64,000 nt of DNA, taken from contig NC_135808.1 in assembly GCF_964213995.1 (NCBI RefSeq), positions 21,266,001 to 21,330,000 of the forward strand, in the 5' to 3' direction. The notes below the pieces were generated by a model. It saw nothing but the letters and a program-made list of their open reading frames with translations, made no database searches and had not been told where the DNA came from. Position numbers and translations under genes: made by a program. Below, piece by piece: positions 24,939-38,700 of this stretch. The DNA is from Mustelus asterias (taxonomy: Eukaryota). Every line of letters starts with the position of its first letter. Position 1 is the first letter of the stretch.

Positions 24939-27610
24939 TGACAAGAACTGAACAATTTCCACTGTCACGCCCCACTTCATTTTAAGTTCAATTGACTCCC
25001 CCACATGGATGGGGTGGGCGTAGGGGTGACAGGTGCCAAAGTGAGGGATAAAGTCCAAACTGAGGAAGACTGCAATAGCTTTTAGAAGGGCATTGTTCAA
25101 CTTGAAGAGTGAGAAATAATTGGCAAATGAAATCTGACAACAAAAAACGTGTGGTGGAACATTTTGTTAAGGACATGAGTGAACTCATGTTCTTAGGAAG
25201 TTCCAAATCTAAGTAGGATCGATGCAATAATGGATCTTTTTCTCCAAATACATCAATCACTAAAAGATGAACCATAGCTTGGCAACATCATAAAAATGGT
25301 AAAGCATGCACGAGGCTTTGTTCGTAGAGGGAAGGAGTTGAAAAGTAGGGAAGTTATGGTCAACCTTAGACCACAACTGATTGCGGTAGGTAGTAGTATA
25401 AGGGACTCTGGGGAAAAAGCAGGAAAACGAATTAGAGACACAAATCAGCAATGATCTAATCGGATGGTGCCTGATTTTGCCAAGTAGCCAAAGATTGATT
25501 TGAAACGTTGGATTAGGCAAAAGTTTATGGAGATTTACCTCAACTAATTCCTAGCAAGATTTGAATAAGAAGCTGTAAGAGAATAAGCAACAGATGCTGG
25601 AAATACAGGGTGGACCAGACACTGTGAAAAGAAAACACAGGCCAATGTTGATATTTCATGTCCAATTCTTTTGTGTAATCTCCTGTGATAATCTGCCAAA
25701 CATTGTCATGGTTTACCTTGTGCATTCTGCAATACCCTAACATGCTAATCCTAGACGAATCTGTCTGCCCTGCTTTGGCAAATATACACCTTCAGTTCAA
25801 CCAATGGGAATAATTGGGATTTGGGGCGGGAGAGTGGGGTACACAGGGGGAGAATACGGAAGAAGCAAGATCACAGAAGTATTCCGAATTCTGAATGAGG
25901 ACAATTGAGTAGCAGCAAAGGATGAGTTGATTAGGACATAACACTTTTAACAGTCAGAAATAGCTTTTAAACAAATGAATTTAATAAGAAGTACATAACA
26001 TTTAGAAAGGGAAAATTGAGAAAAGTCCTCCTAACGTGGAACGTTATAGACTGCAGTGTAGTTTCAAAACAGGGCTACAACATAGCTATGCTGCTTATCT
26101 AACCTATAGCTTTCCTGACTCCATGGTCCTAATGGTCGCGCCCAATGGATTGACATTACTTAATGGAAGTTCAGTGGACTAAAGGGCTTTTAGTAAAATT
26201 GCCAGAGATTCCTGCGGCAGTGTGACAAGTAGCTACTTTTGTTAGCTGGTCTTGGAGCCTCCCAACAGGTTGGGGAGCTGTCAGTTCACCTATAAATCAG
26301 CCAAACAAACTTATTTCATTCGTTCATTGAATGAAGTGGTGCAAAGACCATTTTTCTCTTGTCCTTGAACTATAGGACTTGTTGAGGTTGCTTGCAAAGC
26401 CGTTGATCGACGTTATTCATGTAATGTAGTGACTTGCGCTTTGTGAAGATCAGTAGGAAATAAAGATATTGTTGTTGTTGCCATCTTGTTCCAATAAACA
26501 TAAAACAGGTTATTTCTCAATGCTTTTTTTTCTTTGTATTGCTCAGTTTATTTTCCTACGTGCACGTAATTTAAAAATATGGAAGCAATGGCAATGCCCC
26601 CTTTTCCTGAAGGTGTCTGATTCCATTGTGAATATTTGAAATGCTGGTTCAACAATATATTGCACTATTTAGCAAGCTTAGCTTTGATTTTGGCATCTAG
26701 TTTCCCTCCTTGCTGTTTTCATCTCGTTCTCCACCTTCCCATCTCCGTTTTCCCTGTACCCTTTTCCATCACTTATTTTCTCCTGATTTCCTCGCTCATT
26801 CTGTCTTCCCCTCTCACGTACCTCTTTCCATTTTCTATTATTGCTTACACGCTTTTCCCATTCTGCACCATTCCTCCCCAATGTCTTGAATTCATAGACC
26901 ATCAGCTAATTGGCAAGAATGAGCTATTTAAATTGTTATTGAAATATTAATTAATACACAGCATAGAACAGTTTAACATCACCAGCTTCAGTGACAATTA
27001 CTGCCATTTGAAACGTTGGCATGCATTATTACATTTGCCTTCAAAATTCTGCTTTAAAAATTATCCTCACATTTGTATTCAGCACAATTCTCATATAAGA
27101 TGCAAGCTATATGACCATGGTATTCGAATAATAAAATTGGTGTCAAGCCTTTATTAATATATCCACATAAATTTCTGCTTTGAAACATATAAAACTATTC
27201 AAGTTCAGATTGCTCTCTCCCTCTCAGAAGTGAAATCCAGAATATGTAAGTCCTCAAAGGTGTTTAGCCGAGTCATAATGAATCTATAAATCTTTGAACC
27301 CTGAGAGGTAGATATGAAAATTCACTCATCGTCATCTTCATTCAGTTCCATGCAAGTAATTAACAATGAATTCATAATTAAATGTACAATAGGTGACCTT
27401 TCAGGCGATTCCTAATTGAAACCGAGCCCTTCCTGCCAAAGGTATTGAAGTTTGTAAGAGCAGATAGTTTTTTTGTGTGTACTTGCTGGTTGAAAGTCAA
27501 TGGGTTGCCAGTTGACTATTAACTCTGATACATCACAATGATTCATAATATTTTCTTTTTTTATTTTCTACATTTTTGCCTTGTCAGTGCTAACTACACA
27601 TCAGAAGTGA

Positions 27611-28975
27611 ATGATGGCAAACTCAACGGAGATCAACGCATCTCTCAACAACCCAACAGGATTGTTTGATGGTGAAAGAGCGAGTTCTTACAAAACGTTC
27701 GAATTGGTCCTCATTGTGACTGTAACTGTTGCTTTAAGCTTGGTGACAATTATTGGAAACATTTTGGTCATTGTTTCTATCAAACTAAACAGACATTTAC
27801 AAACTATTAACAATTACTTTCTTTTCAGCTTAGCCTGCGCTGATATGATTATTGGCATATTCTCTATGAACCTATACACCACTTACATTGTCATGGGCTA
27901 CTGGCCATTGGGCCCAGTGGTATGTGACTTATGGCTCGCTCTGGATTATTTTGTCAGCAATGTCTCTTCCACGAACCTTCTAGTCATCAGCTTTGACCGC
28001 TACTTCTGTGTGACCAGGCCCCTGAGCTACCCCGTGAAGAGAACAGCGAAGGTGGCAGGGATGATGATCATAGCGATTTGGGTGATACCGTTTATCATCT
28101 GGGTTCCTCCCATTCTCTTTTGGCAGTTCATTGTAGGAGAGCGGACAGTTAGTGAGGGCGAGTGTTATGTACAGTTCCTCTCAAATCCAGTCATCATTTT
28201 TGTCACTGCCGTCGCTACCTTCTATCTTTATGTTATCATCATGGTAATCCTGTCTGTGGAATTAGTTCGTGCCAGCAAAAGTCGAATGAAAGAGAATAAA
28301 AAGGAACCTGAATCTAGCAAGGGCAGCATTTCACCCTCTATAGTGCAAGGCAAGACAATGGAGCCAAAAAATAATAATATATCAGATGATACCAATTGTT
28401 TGTCACATGGTAAACTGCAAAATGACAAAATAACTGGAGAAATATTAACTGGTAATAGTGGCCGAGAGGTGAAGCGGCTTCCCGGTGAATCAACTGGCGC
28501 CAGTGTCCCATCAAACCGTTTGAGAATGGACAACCCCAAAATCTCTTCCATAAATATAGTTGGCGAATTTGAAAACGGTACCAGTTGTGGTACCACAACC
28601 AGAATAGTGCCAGATGTCAGCAGCAAGAATGGGAATGAGAGGGACATCAGAGCAGACAATAAGACCAATAGAATTACGAGCACAGCTGCTGAAAAGAGGA
28701 AAGGGGCCGCGTCCCGGGAGAAGAAGGTGACTCGGACCGTCCTGGCTATTCTCTTGGCATTTGTCATCACCTTGAGCCCATACTTTGTCATGGTGCTCAT
28801 TTACACCGTTAGTCCAAACTGTGTCCCTTACACTGTCTGGACTATCGGATACTGGCTCTGTTATATCAACAGCACCGTCAACCCCGCTTGCTACGCGCTC
28901 TGTAATCCGACCTTCAAGAAAACCTTCAAGCATCTTCTCATGTGTCAATACAAGAACATTGGTTCCATAAGATAA
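27611..28975 (+). CDS. Muscarinic acetylcholine receptor M2/M4-like, 454 aa, single coding exon, divergent binding pocket
   Basis: [71 protein letters not shown]; a paralog rather than the canonical chrm2. Confidence 0.93.
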   Translation: MMANSTEINASLNNPTGLFDGERASSYKTFELVLIVTVTVALSLVTIIGNILVIVSIKLNRHLQTINNYFLFSLACADMIIGIFSMNLYTTYIVMGYWPLGPVVCDLWLALDYFVSNVSSTNLLVISFDRYFCVTRPLSYPVKRTAKVAGMMIIAIWVIPFIIWVPPILFWQFIVGERTVSEGECYVQFLSNPVIIFVTAVATFYLYVIIMVILSVELVRASKSRMKENKKEPESSKGSISPSIVQGKTMEPKNNNISDDTNCLSHGKLQNDKITGEILTGNSGREVKRLPGESTGASVPSNRLRMDNPKISSINIVGEFENGTSCGTTTRIVPDVSSKNGNERDIRADNKTNRITSTAAEKRKGAASREKKVTRTVLAILLAFVITLSPYFVMVLIYTVSPNCVPYTVWTIGYWLCYINSTVNPACYALCNPTFKKTFKHLLMCQYKNIGSIR

Positions 28976-30936
28976 ACGCGCAGAATGTTATGAACACTTT
29001 ATACATCACGGTGATGGCGACTCTCGTAATATACATTTAAAATGCATGAACTTAATAGTTTCATTGTATCAGAATAAGGTTCAGGTCGATGGGGTGGTGG
29101 TAGTGGTGTGTGGTAGGGCAATCGGCAATTGTCATGTCGTTGGATGGGATATCCAGACCAGCTAATTAATTTCTATTGATTTACGAGAAATGAGCAATGT
29201 TGGCTAGGCCAGGCAGACAGAAATGTTTTTGACACAAAACTGCCCTCAGAAATTGCGTAGCAAGCCATTCAGTTGAAGAGCAATTGTAGATGGGCAACAA
29301 ATGTTGTCGGTGCCACCCCATGAAAGAATGAAGCAAATATCTATTGTTTGTAATATTTAAAACACATTCAATTATTTCCAATAGGTTTGTAATTGGTGTT
29401 ATAAATGAAGAATGTGCTGATTATTAGAATTTGCTAATAAGTGAGCTGGAAGATACATTTTCCCAAAATGAAGAACCATAAAACATCGCATCAGCATGAT
29501 TGCTGCGAAATGTTCACTTTTAGAACACAATAAAATTATGAATGAATTAATGTAGCCGCTACTGTGTAATATTATGACGGGGCGGGAGTGCGGATGGTTA
29601 GATACGATGTCTAGGATATCGACTGGATTAATGCAAACAGAACATGATGCGATTCCACCTTCCAGCGGAGACACCATCCGTGTCTGGCTTCATAGCCAAT
29701 ACAGAGCAGAAACAATCAATTTAACGGTATTTAACCGTGGTTCGGTGAATATTAGCCAAAAACCTGCCTTTGGTTAGAGAACTGAAGAAAATCTAACTGC
29801 TTCAAACCACACAATGTACACAATGCTTCTTGCGTGGAGAACATCTTTCACCATTTTCATTATTCTTCCTTAGTTAGTTCAAACTTCAATTATTTTGGAA
29901 AATAAATTTATAGACAGTGAACAATTCCATTTAAATCTTCGGATTCGTTCTCTTGATCATCGAATAGTCTATAGCCAAATGACCCACATTGACACCAATG
30001 CATAAAATGGGTTCTCGTGATGAATTCCTAATCTTTATCGGCACGAGGCTTTACCCTCAAATTAACTGGATCATAACAGGGTTAAGTTTAATGTTAACTG
30101 AATCCACTGCCTTTACATCAAATGCTCTCAGGTAGGATCAGTAGCATCTTGGAAGATGTCCAGCGGCAGCAGAAAGCCTCTTGACCTGGGGAGTAAATAT
30201 TCAGGTAAACTTCTGTAGCCAAATCCAAAACGCATGTTTGTGAAATGTAATTGTGTTTTTGCAGCTGTAAAGGTTGTTGCTAGTTTCAATATGTTTCGCT
30301 GAGTGAGTCAGTTGGGAAAAGAAATCCTTAACCCCTGAAATATGGATTACTATTTGATCATCCTACAGGAGATGTTTTTGTTATAAAGTAGGATGTATAT
30401 TAATATAGCCCAGTTTAAATAAAAGCTTTCCTAAAACAAACACCCTCTGGGCTTAGCACAGAGAGGCTGCTTCCAATTCAAAACGTTCACAGCCTCTAAG
30501 CATCCAACACAGATGAATTGCTCTCCAGGGCTTTTCCACACAGCCACTCGACTCAGTTAAGCATCCCATTTCTTAAACAAATTTCCCCTTTTTTATCTCA
30601 GGTTCCATTGTCCTGAAACACACATTCGAACTCAACATCATGTTTTCTATTTTGTCTCTGCTTTCAAGTCAATGAAATTTAATATACCACCCATTGTTTA
30701 CTCATGGGACTCCTGAAGGATGCAGATATTCCTCGACACTTCTGCATTCGGTTTTAAAATTTACCAGTCCAAACATTTCACAATTTTCTCACAAAGCACA
30801 TTTCGAACCAGCCTATTCACTTGTAGTTAAAACCCTCCATAACCTCTCATTACAAATGCACAAATCAAATACCTCAACCTTTCATATCTTAAGCCTCGCA
30901 GACAATCTGCCTCTTGTAACTAACCCGTCAACTAAC

Positions 30937-30942
<6 letters not shown>

Positions 30943-30992
<50 letters not shown>
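30943..30992. repeat. (CT)n(CA)n microsatellite
   Basis: Read directly from the sequence. Confidence 0.95.
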
Positions 30993-31229
30993 TGCCATAC
31001 ATTCTTTTTTATTTACGCAGGGAATTCAATCACAAGAATATAAAAAAATACATTTCTGATAGAAAAAGAATGAAATATCATATTTTGATATTTTCCTGTT
31101 CTTAACGCATTTCTTATTACATACTATAGTTAGCTATGTAAAGAACTATTAGAATATAATCTACATGCATAAACCATGAAAATATTCACAAGTCTTTAGA
31201 AAGAATGAAGTTAGTTCCACTCAACTTTT

Positions 31230-32620
31230 CGATTAACCACATCCAAGCCCCTTGAATTTAAATTCTTGACAACACATCTGCAATGATACCTTCCATCCAG
31301 TCACATGGATCATTTTCAAATTGAATGTTTGCATTAATAATCTCCACTGGAAGAGTCGTGCATTTGCATCCCAAAGGTTCTGCAGAAATTTCAAAGAATT
31401 GTGGTCAGTATATATAATCATCTCTGAAGAGTTACTTGCAATATAGACTTCAAAAACTGAATGTCTCCTTTTCCACAGTTGAATACTTATTCTGACGTAC
31501 TGTTACTTTCTGCGAAAAATATCCGATTGATTTCTCAATTCCTATTTTATCTTCCTGCAGCAAAACAGCGCCAACGTCCACATTACTGGTTTCAACAACC
31601 ATTTTGGAATGTGTTCGTTGAATCAGGTGCTGCGAGAACAGGTGTAGTAATCGGTACGGTCTTTAAGCTGTCAAGCACAGTCTAACACATTGCTGTGGCT
31701 CTGGAGTCAGATATAGGCCAGACCAAGTAAGGATTGCACATTGTAGCCCCTGTCTTTTCTTCCTTTACTCGCACCTGCTCCTATTTATCCCACCTGTACC
31801 AATTGAACATGTTGACATGGAACACATCCTAAATCTTTCTCCGACATATAATATTCACCACATATTTTAGCTTGTCACATTTATTTTCGATCTGATAGTT
31901 CACTAAACCTTGCTTTCAATTGTTCACGTCAGACCAGCAACAATTCAAACATCCCCCTACCCTTCCCCACTCCAAATGCAAATCGAGGATCAACTTATTT
32001 CTTCCTTTGCCTTAAAGATTTGCTGAGATATCTTAAAATGCTGTCCTTCCTGCCTATCTCACATACCCTACTCAATATTTCTCCGAATATCATTCAACAA
32101 TTCAGGATAATAATTTCACAGCTCTGTTTCACTAATTTCTTCTGAATTAGTTTGAATGATCCCCTTATTTCTTAACCACACGTGACCTCGAAGGGTCTGA
32201 ACACTTTTGACTTATTCTGGATGTCAGTAACAGCAAACAACAAGGATGGACTTTCCCATTTCCAAGCATGAAGGTACGCTCTAACCTCTTGTTTGTAAGA
32301 TTGTTCCCATCTTTCCAGAGCACCTTGTGACCCAGGGTGATAAGCTCATGAACTGATTTGTTTTATTCCCAGGCTGTGCATAATTTCTTTAAACAGATAT
32401 GGGTGTGAATTTTCAACCCTGATCAGATTGTATTTATTTTGCAAGTGGAATATTTTAAAGAATTTGGTTAACTCATCGAAAATCACCTTTGCTGTTATTC
32501 TGTTAAGGTGTCGCCTCTTGTGGATACATTCCCATTGTCAGTAACATTATCCATTGTCAATAAATACTAATTCCCACTTTCAGTCATTTGAAGACGCCAA
32601 TCAATCAAGAAGTTCTTGAA
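31230..32620 (-). mobile_element. Decayed Gypsy/Gmr1-like pol: integrase (about 32620-31780) followed by RNase H (about 31680-31230)
   Basis: GIKQISS*AYHPGSQGALERW (integrase); PVLAAPD..., KYSTVEKET and IYTDHNSLKFL..NARLFQWRLLMQ.FNLKMIHV.G (RNase H). Confidence 0.75.
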
Positions 32621-34421
32621 ATGTTCTACAAATGAAAAACTGAATTTATTGCAACTGCAGAACAAGTCTAAATCTTTGGCAAAATAAAATTATTCTGGCA
32701 GAAACATGAGAGAGAGAAAAAAACTGCAGTTGTTTTCAGATGTGTTCAGTTGCAGAATGTTCAGCGGTTGAAAAATATCAGTTGATTGGAAATTTCTCAC
32801 CTTTGATGGAAATCAAGGTTGGAGTGCTGATGGAGTAATGTTTACATGTGTCAAACGGACAGGGTAAAGCTTGTACGTTCTGAGAATGTGATTCAGAAAC
32901 CGAGAAGAACATCTTAATCAACGGACACAAACAAATCAGCTCTCATTTGAGTGAGAGATTGAGAAGGCAACTGTTTGCGAAATAAAGATGAGTTGAAACA
33001 AGTTTGGAAGCAGTTTAAAGACTGTGATCATTGCAGAGAACGTTTTAAGAAAGATGGGCATCGAAGAGTACTGCAGATGAAAATCGAAATAAAGCAAATA
33101 AGTTTCAAAAAAGACAGGAGATGGAACTGGTACTTGGTTAGACCAAGTAGAACTGGTGGAGACTGAATGCCAAACACAGGCAGAGGGGAAACTATGTGCA
33201 TTAAGCAAAGAACTGCTTCGGTGAAAGTAGAGGTTTGGTTGATGCAGAGGACGAAAGGGACAGATTGGAAAGTTAAGCAACCCAGTTCAAAGAGTTATGC
33301 CAGAGCAAAGTAGAACGATCAACAATTCAGCCACAGAAGGAAACTGAAATTGCATGTAATCGAAATTATAAGATTGCTGTAAATGTTCACGCAGCAGAAA
33401 AGCACAAGAAGTAAACTGATAAAATGGTCGAAGGAAAACATGCTTCATAGAGACGCTAGAAACAGAAGAAACTTTGTTGCGAGGTAAGTACAAGGAATAG
33501 AGTACCCCGGCCATTTCCTTCACAAGTGAGAATCTAAGATTGTGCATGAACTGTCAGGATGTAAGAATGTGCTGTATTGCAATGACGGTACCTGCATGCA
33601 TTGTAGAGAAAGTTTATTGACAGAGAAAAGAACTACCAGTGGATTGGCAAGTGACACTGTGCACAGAAAAAAGTATGTAGTCTTCTGCTGAGCACACAAT
33701 CTAGAACAGATCTCAGAAAGCTACAGGCCTGTATGGAGGAATCCCGTGCAAGACTGTATTGGGATTGTGCATATTTGAAGCATTCTCGAAGTGTTACATT
33801 AAACACAACCCTCAAGACCCCTCAATTAAACAATGACTACATTGATTTACAAATGCCTAACTTGTGACTATTGTGATTCTTTGGAATGCTGGTTGAGTAA
33901 TTCGATTTTGAAGATTGTATCAGAAAGTTGGAGGAGGGTAGTTTTGCGTTTGTAATGTTGCCTCCTTAAGACAATACTGCAAAAGAGTGTCACCTGACTT
34001 GAGGGACCACTGGGAACAGAGAGTGAGTGATCACCCCAGAGGATGGCGTCCTGTCTCGAGCAGTTTACATATAACAGCCAGGAAATTGGCATGCAAGAAC
34101 TGGAGCTGTTGCCTTCGGCAGCCTATGCTGCAGTATCTCATATGCCTAATTCTCTTTATCAGTAAATACCTCTTCCAGAAAGAAGTGTGAAGCCTCTTGA
34201 AATCTCAACTCCCCGTTACCGCTGACAGCGAGAATGGAGAATTTGTGCTCAGCCAAAACTCCACTCACTTCAGCGGGACCGGATAATCCCAGCTGCAGAT
34301 GAGGTTGGAGAATCCGACCCCAGAAGTGAGACACACAATACATAATACTGCTTCTCTTATCTCCTGCTCAGTTTTATTCTGAGATCGAGTTGAATCAATT
34401 CCAGATGAGACTTTGGTCTTC

Positions 34422-35792
34422 TTTGCGGACGACACAAAACTGGCAGGACTTGCAGATAGTGAGGAACATTGTCAGAGGCTACAGAAGGATATAGATAGGC
34501 TGGAAATTTGGGCAAGGAAATGGCAGATGGAGTTCAATCCTGATGAATGCGAAGTGATGCATTTTGGTGGGAATAATGTAGGGAGGAGCTACACGATAAA
34601 TGGAAGAACCATAAAGGGTGTAGAGACGCAGAGGGATCTGGGTGTGCAAGTCCACAGATCTTTGAAAGTGACGTCACAGGTGGAGAAGGTGGTGAAGAAG
34701 GCATATGGCATGCTTGCCTTTATAGGACGGGGCATGGAGTATAAAAGTTGGGGTCTGATGTTGCAGATGTATAGAACGTTGGTTCGGCCGCATTTGGAAT
34801 ACTGCGTCCAGTTCTGGTCGCCACACTACCAGAAGGACGTGGAGGCTTTGGAGAGAGTACAGAGGAGGTTTAGCAGGATGTTGCCTGGGATGGAGGGGCT
34901 TGGTTCTGAGGAGAGATTGGGGAAACTGGGGTTGTTCTCCTTGGAAAGACGGAGGATGAGGGGAGACTTAATAGAGGTGTATAAAATTATGAAAGGCATA
35001 GATAGGGTGAACGGTGGGAAGCTTTTCCCCGGGTCGGTGGTGACGTTCACGAGGGGTCATAGGTTCAAGGTGAAGGGGGGGAGGTTTAACACAGATATCA
35101 GAAGGACATATTTTACACAGAGGGTCGTGGGGGCCTGGAATGTGTTGCCGGGCAAGGTGGTGGAGGCGGACACACTGGGAACGTTTAAGACTTATCTGGA
35201 CAGCTATATGAACGGAGTGGGAATGGAGGGATACAAAAGAGTGGTCTAGTTTGGACCAGGGAGCGGCGCGGGCTAATTGTTCTTTGTTTCTCGTTTCAAG
35301 GCTTCATTCTATGATCATCTTGCTGGTGCCAGTACAGAGCGAGAGTGCGGATAGTTGGGAACCTGTCTCGGGGGCAGGGAATTCAGATGGTGTTCGTAAA
35401 GCAGAAGTGGAAATGAATAGGGTTGGGAAGCATTTTCTGATCAGGGCCAGTGTGATCTCCTGGACTCGTTTCGATCGCCTCAGGGGGTCGGAGAGGAATT
35501 TCCCAGATTTTTGTCCCCCATATTGGCCCTGGGGTTTTCACTCTGGGTTTTCGCCTCTCCCTGGAGATCACATGGTCTGGAATGGGGGGGTGGGGGTGAG
35601 TTAATAGGTTGTGATGAACAAAGCATCGTAGCTGTGAGGGACAGCTCGGTGGAAAGGATATTAGGATGTAGATAGGCTGGAAAATTGGACGGGGATCCTG
35701 GATTCAGGATTCAATCCTGGACCGGGGAGCGGCGCGGGCTTGGAGGGCCGAAGGGCCTGTTCCTGTGCTGCATTGTTCTTTGTTCTTTGTTC
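34422..35792 (+). mobile_element. Young 5'-truncated CR1 LINE
   Basis: Uninterrupted RT frame FADDTKL...WQMEFNPDECEVMHFG...RPHLEYCVQFWSP; long 3' UTR; (TTGTTCT)n tail. Confidence 0.95.
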
Positions 35793-38700
35793 TTGATGCA
35801 GAAGGATGTTTACTCTGCTGATGTAAAAGCTCGGAGGCGCTGAGAAAAAAGAACAGTGGGATAATTAGAAATATGCCAACAAATTTGGAGAATCCAAGTC
35901 AGAGGGAATTTGAAATCTAACCTCCTGAAAATGATCAAGAAACCTTCAATTCTGAGGTGAGAAAATGTGTTTCTGTTGATATTGTTGATTTAACATCAGG
36001 TCCTGGTATCTTCTTTGTTTCTCATTCAACCACTCTGAAAGCTTCCTACATCCCTGGCGTTATATAACTCTGTTTTGTTAATGTGCATCTTTATAACAAA
36101 CATATCTCCTATACTATGATCAAGTAGCAATCCAAATTTCAGGGGTTAAGGTTTTCTGTTCCCTCCTGACTCACGAGGCTAGACGCATTGAAACTAAGAA
36201 CAGCTGCAAAAACATCATTACATTTCACAAACGTGCCTTTTGCATTTGGCGACAGATTTTACCTGAGCACTTATTCCCCAGGACATGAGTCTTTCTGTTG
36301 CAGCGAGGTCTTCCAATAATCTACAGCCCCCAATTTAACTCATTTAATGTAAATGTAGTGAGTTGCTGCTGTTCAGTTAACATTAAACTTAACCCTGGCA
36401 GAGCCTAACGCTGAGACAGATTAGAAATTGATAAAGAAAATCCATTTGTTGCAATGGTTTCAGCCTGAGCCACAGGACTATGAATTATTCCAAGATCACA
36501 AGAAGCAATCAACAGATTGAAATGTAATTGTTCAATATCTATCAGTTTGTTCCACAAAATAATGAACGTGTTTATATCGAATGAATTCAGGAAGAATAGT
36601 AAAAAATGGTGATCGTGGTTATCCATGCAAGAAACACTGTGTGTATTGAGTGACTTGAAGCCGTGGGAGCTTCTTCAGTTCTCTGGTGAGGGCAGGTCGT
36701 TGGCTAATATTCACCGAAATACGGTTAAATGCCGTGATTTTTTCCACTCTGGATTGGATGTGGAGACAGACTCGGAGTGTGCCTCAGCTGGAAGGGGAAT
36801 TGAATTGTGTATTGTTTGCATTAATCGACTCTACAGCCTAGACCTCAGAACCAAACATAGAATAGAATCCCTACAGTGCAGAAGGATCCATTCCGCCCAT
36901 CGAGCCTGCACTGACAACAATCCCACCCAGGTCCTATCCCCGTAACCCCATATAGTTACCCTGCTAATCCCCCTGACGCAAAGGGGTATTTTTTTAGCAT
37001 AGCCAATCAACCTAACACGCACATCTTTGGACGTGGGAGGAAACCAGAGCACTAGGAGGAAACACGCAGACAGGGGGAGACTGTACAAACTCCATACAGA
37101 CAGCGATCCGAGGCCGGAATTGAACCTGGGTCCCTGGCGCTGTGAGGCAGCAGTGATAACCACTGTTCTACCGTGCTGCCCTTAATCATTCCAGCCCTCG
37201 CCCTTATATTACAATGTAGTGTAGAATTTGAACTAAAGACCCAGATTGGGACTGCCACTCTTTGATCTAAGCAGATCACGTGATTGCTATCCCCTTCACA
37301 ATCATTCAGACTCTGTACCACAGGCCTATAGTGGCAGCTGTGAGTACCATCTACAAGATGCACTGCAGGGAAGCATCAATGCTCCTTAGACAGCACCCTC
37401 CAAACACATGAACTCGACCATCTCGAAGGGGAAAGGCAACAGATAGCTGGCAACATCACCACTGCCTCACCACATCGAAATGACCCTCATCCAAACACGA
37501 TGAAGCTATTGACTCTGGGCACTTTAGATGTATGTTATGAGAATGTTGTGGTGGACCTCTTCCAAGTGAACACAGGATAACTAGGAGCAGTTTACAATAG
37601 TTTATTCATGATACAGGGTTAGACGGAATTACCTCAGACATACAACGGTAGCAGTATACTCCTCTGATGCTGCTCAAAGAAAGCTCGCCAATATAGCAAT
37701 CAAAGGGAAAACATTCGAATATTACTTTCTCCTTCAGGTCATATATAAAAACTGCTATATAGTTAATCAGTACACAGAACATTGTTTTAAAATTCTGATA
37801 TTGCCTACTTAGATTTAGCATTAAATCATTGCCCATAAGCATGTCTGTAATCTTCCAGATCCAAACTATCTGTTCTTCAAATAAGTCACGAACCTTGGTG
37901 GCATGTGCTCCTGATATTAGGAATTTGCGAGATAGCATTTGTCTAGCATGTGATTTTTATTGTAATGCAGGAGTTTTAGATCTTTTCCTCTTTCACCAAA
38001 TCTATTAATTTCCTTTTTCAGTCACCCACGTTTGGATCTAGGCCTAGCCCAAGGTAGAAAAATTCAATTCCTGCCAAACCCATCTTTTTAAAACTAATTT
38101 TAGAAATAATTAAAGCTGTATAATTGTATTCAAAGCAGTGAGAGCATATGACAGCATTACAGTTACATAGATGTTAAATGTTCTCAAGCTTTCCCTTCAC
38201 CAATATACATGTTGTACTTTATTTTTATTAATTTTATTTCTCAATCTCCTTCATTTGTTCCAACCCAAAATTTCATTTCATTTTACTTCAATTGGCCTTA
38301 AATTCAATTTGTCTATGGAGTTTGTGTCAGTGCCTTGTTAATTTAAAAAATATGTTTTCTTCAGACTATATTAACAACTGCAACGGCAGCCTGTTTGTCA
38401 ATTAATTGTGCAACACCCTTTCTTCATTGCAGCTGCAACGTGTACTCTTGTATTCTGGTTAATCCACAAGCTTCAAACCACTTCGGCTCTCTCGCACCTG
38501 CGTTGCGATTCCTTCTTTAAAATCCTCTCTTGGAGTCTCACATTCGCAAGCCATCTTCACACATTTCCCGATCCGTTCAATGTCGTCTCGTGTGTGTGTG
38601 TGTTTTTTTAACTCGGCAGTGTTCTGTTGTCATGTTTATTGGCATCTCTCTACCGTCTACCACAAAGCCTTGTTTTGAGTTTGTGGACATGTTATCAGTC

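Noticed and set aside
27611-28975. Assigning the symbol chrm2 (or gpr139 to the neighbouring genes)
   Set aside because: Multiple divergent paralogs; orthology cannot be established without a phylogeny.
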